Assembly: GCF_009914755.1 (NCBI RefSeq) | Contig: NC_060926.1 | Strand: one strand, 5' to 3' | DNA: 64,000 bases | From: the human T2T-CHM13v2.0 reference genome, Homo sapiens | In this document: piece after piece, positions 1 to 11,760 of the stretch | Numbering within the stretch: the stretch's first letter is position 1 | Layout of the letters: each line of letters starts with the position of its first letter | The notes under the pieces: generated by a model | Told to the model about the DNA's origin: nothing | The model's database searches: none | What the model saw: only the letters and a program-made list of their open reading frames with translations | Made by a program: the position numbers and the translations under genes

Positions 1-13
1 TTTCTAAAAAATA

Positions 14-78
14 CATACATGTATATATGTGTGTGTGTGTGTGTGTGTGTATTTATATATATATAAATACACACACAT
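14..78. repeat. (TG)n/(TA)n compound microsatellite
   Basis: Alternating TG run followed by TA and CA runs, seen directly. Confidence 0.9.
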
Positions 79-119
79 AATTTCTAGCTAATTTATATTA
101 TTGTCAAATAACATATTCT

Positions 120-2270
120 ATAAGACGTTCTGTGTGTTTTTTAAGTTTTGAATTTTTTTTATGGTCTACTACATATTTTTGTAAATACTCCATTTGTGTG
201 AAAGAAGAATGTGTATTTTCCCATTGTTGCAAGCTGGTACCTGAATATCTGTCAAATTGAATTTGTTAAATAGTATTGGACAGATCTTCTATACCTATAC
301 TAATGTTTTTGTCTGTTTGGCCTATCAATAATTGAAAAAGGTATATTGAAATCTTCTACCCTGGCAAAGAATATGTCAATTTCCCCCTGTAGTTTAAGCA
401 ATTTTTGCTTTATATATTTTGAAACCATTTAAGATCATACAAATTTAAAATTGTTACATCAATATGTAGTAACCATTCTTATCCCGAATAATTTATTTTA
501 TCTGGTATTTTCATAGCTGTGTGAGCTTTCTTTAATATTTGCCTATTATCTTTGATTCTTTTACTTTTAACTTCCAGTGTCTTCATGTTTTAGATGTGGC
601 TCGTTTAAATAGTAGATATTTTTTCCTCAATCAAAACTGATACTCTGTATTTTGAGTAGAAAGTTTAGTTTATTTTTATCTATTGTAATTATTATATACT
701 AAGTCTCCTTTTTTATCTCATCTTACATTGTGGTTTCTATTTACCCTGCTAATTCTCTGATTTTTTCTTTTTTCTTTTTTTTTTTGAATAAGTTGATTTG
801 TTCTTGCTCTTCTTCTACTACTGTAATTATTATCATTCCATTTTCTCTTCTACTAGTTTTTTTCCCAGTGGAGAGTGTCCAGTTTCTTGGGGTTTTGAAC
901 AAAGAATCGGACAAAATGCACTAAGAAAACAAGGACAGAATGAAGCAACAGAAGCAGAGATGTATTGAAAATGAAAGCACACTCCACAGGGTGGGAGCGG
1001 CCCTGAGCAAGTAGTTCAAGGGCACTGGTTACAGAATTTTCTGGGGTTTAAATACCCTTCTAGAGGTTTCCCACTGATAACTTGGTATAAGCCCTATGTA
1101 AACAAAGAGGATGAAGTGCAGACACAAAATTATTTACTTGGTGTACACCCTATGCAAATGAAGAGGATGTTTCCTGTCATAGCTGAAGCAAAGCTATAAA
1201 GTTATTTACTTGGGCTTAGAAGGTTTGTTTTTTTCTGTTTAATTTAGTTCTAGGAAGTCCTTAGTTTCCCTGCCTCCAGACCCTATTTCCTGCCTTAGTT
1301 TGAAAGTTATACTCTTATTTATTTATTTTTGATTGTTACATCTGGAATTCAGGCTTACTGAACCTCATCTCTAAAGTTAATCAGTATCTTGACCACTCCT
1401 GAACAGTTGTTCAACCTCCAGACTTATCTGCTCTTGCATCCCAGCATTTGCTCTTCACTAAAATTATTATTATTATTTTACATGTACTTTAAAAAATGCA
1501 CCCAGTTCTTTGAAAGTTACTTGACTCCCTATGTCTTCAAAATCAGACCTTCTTTCTGGGATCATTTCCTCTTTCTGGGAAACATACCTAGGAGTCCTTT
1601 TGTTTAAAGTCTCTTTAGCGGTAAAACGATTTTTGTTTGTCAAATTATCTCCAATTTGCCATTGCTTTTAAACCTTAGTTCGCTGGGTTGACAATCCTAA
1701 ATTAGCCCTTTTAGGTATTGTTTTATTCTCTCTGGTTTTCATTGCAGCTAATAGCAAGCCTATTTTAAATCTAATTTTCACTTGTAGGTGATCTATTTCT
1801 TCCCTTTGGCTATTTTAAAGATCTTTTTATTTTTGTTGGATTTTCTGTAATTTCATCATAATCTAACGTGTGGATTAAAAAAAATTAAGCAACTTGGGAT
1901 TCATTGTGTTTTCTGTAACTAAGAATTCATGTTCTTATCAGTTCTGGAAAGTTCTGAACCATGATCTTTTCAAATATTTCTCCTCTTTCATTCTCTGGGA
2001 TTCTGAGAAGATGCACGTTATGCTTTTTCACTTTCCACTTTCTTTTTCTTCACTTCTTTTCCATATTTTCTCTCTCCTCTTTCTCTGTGCTATTGGCTAA
2101 TTTCTTCAAATTTGCTTTTCTGTTCTTTCTTCAACTGTATTTAATCATCTACTTATAACTCATCTACGGAGTTTTCTATTTCATTAAATAATTTTCATTT
2201 GTAAAACTTGACAATTATCTTTAAAAAATTCCTGAAATTTCTGACTGTCTCTCATTTTCTGGTCATTTAA
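120..2270 (-). mobile_element. Ancient L1M (ORF2/ORF1-region) relic, interrupted by MER51 LTR
   Basis: T-rich plus strand with antisense L1 motifs such as 'aagaatgtgtattttcccattgttg' and 'tattgaaatcttctac'; boundaries approximate. Confidence 0.65.
860..1297 (-). mobile_element. MER51-family solo LTR (ERV1)
   Basis: Ends 'ccctgcctccagaccctatttcctgcctta' (reverse of TGAGGCAGGAGAATAGGGTCTGGAGGCAGGG) and starts 'gtggagagtgtccagtttcttgg', matching recalled MER51 termini. Confidence 0.8.
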
Positions 2271-2285
2271 AAAAGTTAATTATTA

Positions 2286-2418
2286 TTATTTATTTTTATT
2301 TTTTGACACATTAAAATTATATATTTAAGGTGTAAAATGTGATGTTTTTGTATACATATACATTGTGAAATGATTACCACAATGAACATATCCATTACTT
2401 CATCTTTGTGTGTGTGTA

Positions 2419-2451
<33 letters not shown>

Positions 2452-2600
2452 TGAGAACAGTGTCAGATCTACTCTCAGCAAACCTCAAGTATACAATACA
2501 TTGCTATTAACTACAGTTATCATGTTGTGCATTAGATGTCCAGAATCTATTCAACTTATGACTGAAAGTTTGTACCAAAATCCACCTCCTGTCCTGTCTC
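2286..2600 (-). mobile_element. L1MA-type 3' end (L1MA8-10-like) with internal (TG)n at 2407-2450
   Basis: 'tatatttaaggtgtaaaatgtgatg...cattgtgaaatgattaccacaat...gtatacaatacattgctattaactacagt' is the typical antisense L1MA 3'UTR. Confidence 0.8.
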
Positions 2601-3669
2601 CTCCACCCTCTATTTCTGGTTATTTTTAATCTAGCTTTTATTTCTCCAAATAAAAATGGTGATTTTTTAGTCCACGTATAATTCCCATCATTAAGAAACT
2701 TGGGGAATTCTGTTGTTTGCTGCTGACTCTCACTCATAGCAGCCTACTTCTTTGCATGTTTTGTAATTAATTTTGAATTCCTGTTAATCTGCATGTAATA
2801 TGAGGCAATCCCAAAGCTGTCTGCTGAGGCTTTTGTCCACAGAGGATTTGCTTCTGCTGGGAGCTAGGGGCATCACCAATCTGGGCCTGCCTCGTTTGCT
2901 CCCCACTTTTCAGGCTCATGGCAAGCTTCCCTTCCCCCACCTTGCAAAATGAGTTTCACTGAAGAGAAGCTGAAAACATGGAAAAAAAAAAAAAAAAGAC
3001 ACAGCTGGTCTTTGAACAAAGTTACCCAGAGCATTCATTGCTTATTCGTGGGTTTTCCAAGACTTTGCGGGACCTGGTGCTCAGGATGACTTTGAGTCTT
3101 GGCTAAGGCAGCATGAAGAGTGCATTACTGATTTCCTGAGAAAGCCACACTTGCAGGATGAGACTAAAAGGAAAAAAAAAATCCCGTCTGTATGGTAAAA
3201 CAATACACACAGAAGCATTCTTTATACATGATGGCATATAAATTGATGACTCACAAACTACTTTTCTCCGGCAACATAACTGAAAGAAGCCAATATCCAG
3301 AGGAAAGTCTCAATAGTTTCAAGGTTGATTTTTGTATAACGTTCAACTTAACATTATCTAACCACACAAGAGGATCTCAAAAACGTATTATAAATTATTT
3401 TAATAGAGGAGAAATTATGCCCAATGAATATTTAAACCTAATAATATTAGATCTAACAATATGACAAGAAATGGAATAATCTTATGTAATCTTTGTGTAT
3501 ACTGAGTAGCTTGATAAAAAAGGATCTTTTTTTTCTATTGGAATAATGGATGCCATCATTAGTAGAAATGAAAATTTTAATAACTTTAATTTTTTAGTTA
3601 TCATTGAAATCAAGAGTGAGTTTCTTAATGAGTAAAGCCCAGGACATAGTACTGGCAAAACGAGGTCTG

Positions 3670-4166
<497 letters not shown>

Positions 4167-4505
4167 TAAATCAATTGTTCAAAACATCTAAAAAACTGCA
4201 TTTCTTTAAACTGGCTTTGGAAAAAATATTAGCAGTTTTAACACAGCACAGTTATACGTGTGGCAGATAGTACTGATGTCTATCCAATACAGATTTGCCT
4301 TTTCTTCCACTCCAACAGATTTTATTCAGAAAGGCAATGTGCTTGTTTGTCATTGTCCCCTTTTTGCAGCCGAGAGTGTCTGTGTGACTCACTTCTGGCC
4401 ATGGGGTATGATATGGTTTGCCTCTGTATCCCCATCCAAGTCTCATGTTGACTTGTAATCCCCACTGTTGGAGGTGAGGCCTGATGGGAGGTGCCTGGAT
4501 CATGG

Positions 4506-5778
4506 TGAGAGGTGACAGCGTGCTGACAGCCCTCGCTCTCGGCACCTCCTCGGCCTCAGTGCCCACTCTGGCCGCGCTTGTGGAGCCCTTCAGCCCGCTG
4601 CTGCACTGTGGGAGCCCCTCTCCGGGCTGGCCGAGGCCAGAGCCAGCTCCCTCTGCTTGCAGGGAGTTGTGGAGGGAGAGGCGCGGGCAGAAACTGGGGC
4701 TGCGTGTGGCACTGGCAGACCAGCACGAGTTCTGGGTGGCCGTGGGCTCTGCGGGCCCTGCACTCTGAGCGGCCCACTGGCGCTGCCGGCCGGGCAGTGA
4801 GGGGCGTAGCACCCGGGCCCGGCAGCTGCAGAGGGTGTGCCGGGTCCCCCAGCAGTGCCAGCCCGCTGGCGCTGTGCTGGAATTCTCGCCGGGCTTCAGC
4901 TGCCTCCCCATGGGGCAGGGCTAGGGCCCTGCAGCCCACTATGCCTGAGCCTCCCCCACTCCGTGGGCTCCTGCGCTGCCCGAGCCTCCCCGACGAGCAC
5001 CGCCCCCTCCTCCTCTGCGGCCTCCGGTCCCCTCGACCGCCCAAGGGCTGAGAAGTGCAGGAGCATGGGCGGGACTGGTGGGCAGCTCCGCCTGCGGTCC
5101 TGGTGCGGGATCCCCGAGGTGAAGCCAGCTGGACTCCTGAGTCTAGTGGGGACTTGGAGAACTTTTATGTCTAGCTAGAGGAATGTAAACACACCAACCA
5201 GTACCCTGTGTCTAGCTCAAGGTTTGTAAACGCACCAGTCAGTGCTCTGTGTCTAGCTCATCTAGTGGGGACTTGGAGAACTTTTGTGTCTAGCCAAAGG
5301 TTTGTAAAGGCACCAATCAGTACCCTGTCAAAATGGACCAATCAGCGCTCTGTAAAATGGACCAATCAGCGCTCTGTAAAATGGACCAATCAGCAGGATG
5401 TGGGTGGGGTCGGATTAGGGAATAAATGCGGGCTGCCGGAACCAGCTGTGGCAACCCAGTGGGGTCTTGTTCCACAGTGTGGAAGCTGTGATTTTTTTGG
5501 CTCTTTGCCATGAATCTTCCTGCTGGTCACTCTTTGGGTCCCCACTGCCCTTATTAGCTGTAACACTCACCGGGAAGGTCTGCAGGTTCACTCCTGAGGC
5601 CAGCGAGACCAGAAACCCACCAGGAACCCACCAGAAGGAAGAAACTCTGAATATGTCCGAACATCAGAAGGAACAAATTCTGGACACACCATCTCTGAGA
5701 CCCGTAACACTCACCGCGAAGGTCCGCGGCTTCATTCTTGAAGTCAGTGAGACCAAGAACCCACCAATTCCAGACACA
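4506..5778 (+). mobile_element. LTR12 (ERV9) solo LTR, LTR12D/E-like, 1273 bp
   Basis: Termini TGAGAGGTGACAGCGTGCTG...CCAATTCCAGACACA; 4-bp TSD ATGG (4502-4505, 5779-5782); GC/CpG-rich 5' part and U3 repeats. Confidence 0.95.
5310..5430 (+). promoter_or_regulatory. ERV9/LTR12 core promoter: tandem CCAAT boxes, GT-box, AATAAA TATA-equivalent
   Basis: CCAAT at 5313, 5338, 5362 and 5386 (last three at 24-bp period), GGGTGGGG at 5402, AATAAA at 5421-5426. Confidence 0.7.
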
Positions 5779-8700
5779 ATGGGAGTGTTTCTCATGGTCT
5801 AGCACCATCCCCCTAGTGCTGTCTTGTGATAGAATTCCCGCGAGATCTGGTTGTTTAAAAGTGTGTGACACCTTCCTCTTCGCTCTCTTCCTCCTGCTCC
5901 TGCCAGGTAAGAGATGCTTGCTTGTCCTTCACCTTCCACCATGATTGTAAGTTGCCAGAGGCCTCCCCAGAAGCAGAAGCCTGTATAGCCTGCAGAACCA
6001 TGAGTCAATTAAACCTCTTTTCTTTATAAATTACCTAGTCTCAGGTATGCCTTTATAGCAATGCAAGGACGGACTAATACAGGGTATAAGCAAAAGACCT
6101 TGGGGAAGGCTTACCTGGGGTAATAAACTAAGCTTTGCCCTCAACCCTACCTTTCACCCCATCTGGAACGGAGATACCATATCCTGGAAGGCACAGCAGC
6201 CATCTTGTGGTCATGAGACAGAAAGGCACAAGCTAAAAATAAAGATGGCAAAGCAGAAAAATAAATGTAGCCCGGATCCCTGAAGATTTTGAGGAGCCAT
6301 TGAGTAATATTTTATTTATGGCAAGAAGTAATGGCTAGGAGGAAATCAGTACTCTCCTGGTAATTAAATAAATAATCTCAAAATACTTTCTAGTATATAA
6401 CCCTTCTTGGGCCTTTTTCCAAGGAAATAATCCTTATCATAAAGTTTATGCATAAATATGCTTATTACAAAACTGTTAGCAAATTATTGAAAATAAAATG
6501 TTCAGTAATATGTAAACAGATCATCCATCCATGTCTTCTGACTCTGGAATCAGTAAAGTTCTCCTCCCTGGTGCCAAGTTCTTGGTCAATTGCTCTAAGA
6601 AACTGTCCCCTGCAATGGACTTTTTTCGCCCTCTCTAGGGCATATGCTGGCTATTTCATTTATTGCCCATCAGAGCAGAGGGCTTTGGGATGCTTGCACC
6701 GTTCTTCCTGGGACCACCTCTAGAAAGCCATTCAGCACAAATACACAGCAGATAACAGCATAGACTGGATGTGACATGTAGTAGTGACAGCTAGGGGAGA
6801 AGGTTAATTGCAGAGCGGACTCAATCTCAGAGCATTTGGAGAAGAACTCTGACTTGGCACGACAAGAGCACCTGTGTGCCATGCCATTTAGTCCCCTGTC
6901 AAGAAACTTTCCGAGATTTTCGTTCTTTCTGCCCTGATTAGACAGGAGATACCATCATAATTTAAGAACATGAAGCCAGGCAACAGTACTTTCTCTCATT
7001 AAAGATTTTTTTCGACTGACAACTCATCTGTCAGCTATTTAGAGAAAAGGGCTCAGCCCTAACAAGTCAAAGGTATTCAACAATGAGAAACATTTGTAAC
7101 AAAGGGGAAGGGAATGTGAATCACTTACTGGAGCCCCGAGGCTGGTTGGTTCTGGAAACCTTGGAAGCCTGTTTTGACCTTGTTATTCATTGTAGTCACT
7201 CTTCGTCCCTCTATGCCAACCCCAACTCTTACATCTCAGGCTCATTATTCTGATGCAGAAAGTTGACCAGAACCCACAAGGGGCCTGACTTTGGATCTAC
7301 AAGCCTGCAAAAGTTGACCCCTAAACGTGAGGTTTTCTGAGGCTCAAATACACTTGAGACAGGGAAAAGGACTAACAAAGAATCACATTACAGTGTGGAT
7401 TAGGATTACTGGCTAACTTTAATCAACTGATGTCAGCATACACAAAATCAATAGATTTTGTTGCTATGTCCTCAACATTAAAAAAGAGAGAGGGGAAAAT
7501 ATAAGTATATTCAGTTACCTCCATACTTGTCTCCTGGAATAGTTGCTTATCCTGAAAATGCTATCGATGATGTGGTTTCCACAAAGACATGTAAGTAGGA
7601 AATGAGAAGACTCTATGAGACCCTAGGATCTCAGAGATAGAGGTATTTGCAAACGCAAATAGTTCATTACAGGGTGGCCAATCTCTTGTGGGGAGTCGTG
7701 ACCCTTTTCCAATAATCCACTCTACCTCTTTGCCTCAAAGTCTTCCTAAGAACCATCTTCTGATCTACAACTGAGTATAATATGTCTGTAACTAAGCAAA
7801 TTGGGGCAGAATTAATTAAACCACTGCTAGAAGCAATCCTTGTCAAGTATTAGTCTACAGTTACAAAATAATATGTAAACTATGATCCATTTTTGAATAA
7901 AAATACAAATAGATGGATGATAGAAAATGCTAAGTAGCAAAGTCTTGTGTGGTTAGCTCTAGGTGGTCATTTATATGTGATTTTAAAAATTGAGTTATAT
8001 TTTCCAGAGTATGTACAATGTAATTAAAACACAATGTTTTAAAAGAAGAAAATCATGGGGAAAGAATGATTCCAAGTCACTGCTATTGATTTTTGTGCCA
8101 ATGCATAATCAGTTCCCAGGCAGCTAACAGAATGCCCTGAATGCTTCCAAGTCGCCACAGTTGCAGAATTGCAACGTTTGTTCACAAGGATGAAGGTGTG
8201 GTCTTAATTCAATTTGTGACAAGATTCACCTCAACTCCAATTTCACTTCAGGGCCTTAAGCAAAAGCAAAGATCAGCAACTGAATAGAACAGAAAAGAGG
8301 AAAAACCCAGAAATCCTGGGAGAAGCCCAGTGACCATCCCTGATGCCCCTAAATTCTCCCAGAGCAATGAGAGCTGCCCTGCTGCAGGCAAAGCATGTGA
8401 CACCCAGCAGCCCAACAGGAAGCCCACCAGATTACTCCCTACTCCACGGACCTCCTTTGATGACAGGCAGCTTCAGAATTCCTCAGCTCGTGTGCGCTCC
8501 TGACATGATCAACCACACCATGCTGAGAGGTGAGCATGGCAAAATAGTTTTTCTTAGACCCCTGGCCCTATCAAGAGCTGAGGATGAAGCTCCCACTGAA
8601 GCTCTGACTCCAGCTTGGCCCCTCATCCCCAGCTTCCTTGTCCTGAGCTGATTGACAACTTCCCTGCCTTTTCTGTTCCTCCTCTCCCTGCCTTCCTGGG

Positions 8701-9409
8701 ACTGGACCTGGAGTTCCTTCTGTGAGAGACATTGGTGGAATCTACAGTCATCTCTGCAGGGTCCCAGCTGAACACCCGCCTATCTGTTTGCCGATGCTGG
8801 TCAAGCGTAAGGCTTGCTCCAATAAATTGAGTAAGAAATGAAAATCTTCAAGCCATGACAATTCAGCTCTGTGCCAGCAAAGGAGACTCCAGGCTCTGGA
8901 AAATCCTGAGGTCCTGCCTTCCTGTGAAATAACTTTTCTTCTGAAAAAGAATAACCTTTGAGAAACTGTGTGATTCATGTTCTCAACAAGATTCAAGCAA
9001 ACATCACAGTTAATTCCAAGAATCCTCTCTCGAATGTCAACATATGAAACAAAGAACCCTGGTGTGAAATGGGAAGCCCAGTTGCTGAACACAAAACATC
9101 AGTGGTCACTCTGGAATGTGAACCTGGACTTCCTCCATCCATGATGCACAACCTCGAGGCTGGTTTTATGAGCTGCATGTGACAGTTTACAATCTGGTTA
9201 CTTAACCATAATACATAGTCTGCAGATCCCTTCCTTTTTGGAAGGAGATCCTGTGTGGAGAACTGAGAACTCTGAGCTCTGTCCCCAGTGAGCAAGAAAC
9301 TTGTCTATGGTTTTTCCGAAATGCAACCCATTGTCTCCCAGGCCCCACCACTCAATAACAAGTGGTTCTCCCAGGAACATTGCAAATATGCAGCTATATT
9401 CTTTCAGTT

Positions 9410-9553
9410 GGTTCTTTCCTTGTCTGTTTTCTTTCTGACCAACTAGAATGTAAGCTCCCGAGGGCAGGCACTCGTCTGTCCAGTTCACTCCATGTTGCCC
9501 ACATGAAGCATCTGCACATAGTAGAGGCTCGATTAGGAAGTCGTGGATGAGGA
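9410..9553 (+). mobile_element. L2 3' end fragment
   Basis: 'actagaatgtaagctcccgagggcagg...gcacatagtagaggctc' is the L2 terminal signature. Confidence 0.75.
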
Positions 9554-10346
9554 AACTGGATGTCACTTCTGCCCGTGTCTTGTCCATGAGCATTACTCAG
9601 GTGGGGTGACAACTCTCTTTCCAAATCACATTGCCCTTGACATTCACTAAAATTGGCTTTTCAGCACCCATCTGGATGGGGAAGGAGAAAGGGATGAGGC
9701 AGTAGAATTTACAAACATGTGTTTATGGGTCGGAAGGGAACTAACAACAAAATCTGTATCCCCAAGGGACGGTCCGGTCTGGAAAGGGAGAGGGGCCTGT
9801 CAGTGCAGCGGAGGAGAGGCACCAACACCTCCTCCTACCTCCCATTCCCTCTGCACACTGGACAATCATGTCCTGCAGTGAGAAAAGCCAATTGTTTCAG
9901 TCAAGGCTTCCAGTCTTATTCTTGGCATACAAACATGTGAAAATAGACGTGTCAGTCATTTTCACGACTGCCAGGGTGGCTGCCAAGTAAACCAGCAGGA
10001 GCAGGAGTAGAAGCTGACGTGGGAACCGTGCACCTGCTATTTTCCCATTAATATGTTGCTGTTTGGGGGCTACAATTCTGCCAGCTTGTCGGAAGATTTT
10101 ATCTGTTTATAATGCATGAATTCTGTGTTTTTATGACTGTTCAGAAAAAAAAAAAAACAGAAGAGCCCCCCTAGGTTATATTACCTTGGCATTCTTTTGA
10201 AAGTTCATCTGCATTAGGAAGGGTGGATGGTAAAGATGATGACTATTTTGGCTGTCCAGATCTGCTCACATCGTTCTTCCCCAGACTCACCCAGCCTGAG
10301 CGTCATCCTCTTCTCCTCCTCTCAGTATTTGAATACCTAAAAATAT

Positions 10347-10661
<315 letters not shown>

Positions 10662-10665
10662 TCAG

Positions 10666-10812
10666 TATTATCCCTATTTTACAGATGAGAAAACTGAGGC
10701 CCAGCAAGGTTAAGTGACTTGCTCAGTGTTCTGTGGCCTGAAAGTGGTGGGGTTAGGGTTAGAAACCAGACGGCTTGTTCCACAGCCCTGTGCTGTTGTT
10801 AATGGCTATGCC
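10666..10812 (-). mobile_element. MIR
   Basis: 'ccctattttacagatgagaaaactgaggcccagcaaggttaagtgacttgc' is the antisense MIR core. Confidence 0.85.
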
Positions 10813-10883
10813 TTGCTGAGATTAGTGTATATGCCAGATCAATCATTCAGAGATGGGTTTTAGGAAAACAACAAACAAACCGA

Positions 10884-11044
10884 AACAGGATGCCCAGTAA
10901 AATTTGAATTTTACATAAATAACAATATTTTTTAGTATAAGCATATCCCGTGGGATATTTGGGACATACTTTCACTTAAAAATTTGTGTTGCTTATCTGA
11001 AATTCAAATTTAACTGGGCATATTGTATTTGATTTGTCAGCCTA
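10884..11044. mobile_element. MER53 palindromic MITE (hAT-like)
   Basis: Inverted arms 'tgcccagtaaaatttgaatttt' and 'aaattcaaatttaactgggca'; centre 'tagtataagcatatccc...tttgggacatact'. Confidence 0.85.
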
Positions 11045-11442
11045 GCATTGGTAGTAGATGACTAGTTTGGAGATCCAGGAATCTGGGAGTTGGGGTGACC
11101 TGGGGATGAGAGATGGATGTCAGTCAAGACAGGCAGGTTGGTAGAAGCAGCTTGGAGCGTCTTCTCATCTTGACCACCAGTCTGACTTCCTAGAAGAGAT
11201 GCTGATGGGACTCCAGGGGAAGTGTTTGTGCCCTCTGCATGCATTCCCATGTGCGCACACACACACACACACACCATATACACACCCCTGGCTCTCTACC
11301 TAGAATGTCCGACTCATCAGGAGCAAGTTGCATGCCCTGGTGAAGCTTAGTGCCTCTGCTGTGCAGGTGGGAGGGAAAGGCAACTTAGGAGCTTTAGAGC
11401 ACTCCAGGCAGGCTGTAGGCCCCATCTCCTAAGAGCCTATGC

Positions 11443-11760
11443 TTTTATTTTTGTTTTTGTTAAAGACAAGGTCTCACTCTATTGCCAAGACTGGAGTGCA
11501 ATGGTGTGATCATAGCTCTTTGAAGTCTCAAACTCCTAGGCTTAAGAGATCCTCCCACTCAGCCTCCCGAGTAGCTGGGACTACAGCCATCAGCCATGTG
11601 CCACCATGCTCAGCTAAGGTTTTTTTTTTTTTTTTTTTTTAAGAGAGACAGGGGTCTTGCTATGTTGCCCAGGCTGGTCTTGATCTCCTGGGCTTAAACA
11701 GTCCTCCCATCTCAGCTTCCCGAGTAGCTGAGGATTATAGGTGTGCACCACCGTGCCTGT
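11443..11760 (-). mobile_element. AluJ
   Basis: Diverged antisense Alu with J-type diagnostics; TSD GAGCC(T/C)ATGCTTTT. Confidence 0.9.

Larger units (their letters stand above)
4409..6081 (+). mobile_element. MSTA solo LTR (MaLR), split by LTR12 at 4506-5778
   Basis: Termini TGATATGGTTTG...GGACTAATACA; 5-bp TSD GGGTA at 4404-4408 and 6082-6086. Confidence 0.9.
4259..6304 (+). mobile_element. MLT1 (I/J-like) MaLR LTR, split by MSTA
   Basis: Starts 'tgtggcagatag'; contains 'tgtgactcacttctggccatg' before the MSTA and 'gcagcagccatcttgtggtcatgag...aagatggcaaagcagaaa' after it. Confidence 0.65.

Noticed and set aside
4520-5110. CpG-island-like segment suggesting a host gene promoter
   Set aside because: It lies entirely within LTR12 and reflects the element's own composition.
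4252-5178. Several overlapping 110-219 aa ORFs on both strands
   Set aside because: They are a by-product of the GC-rich LTR12 5' region and have no gag/pol/env similarity.
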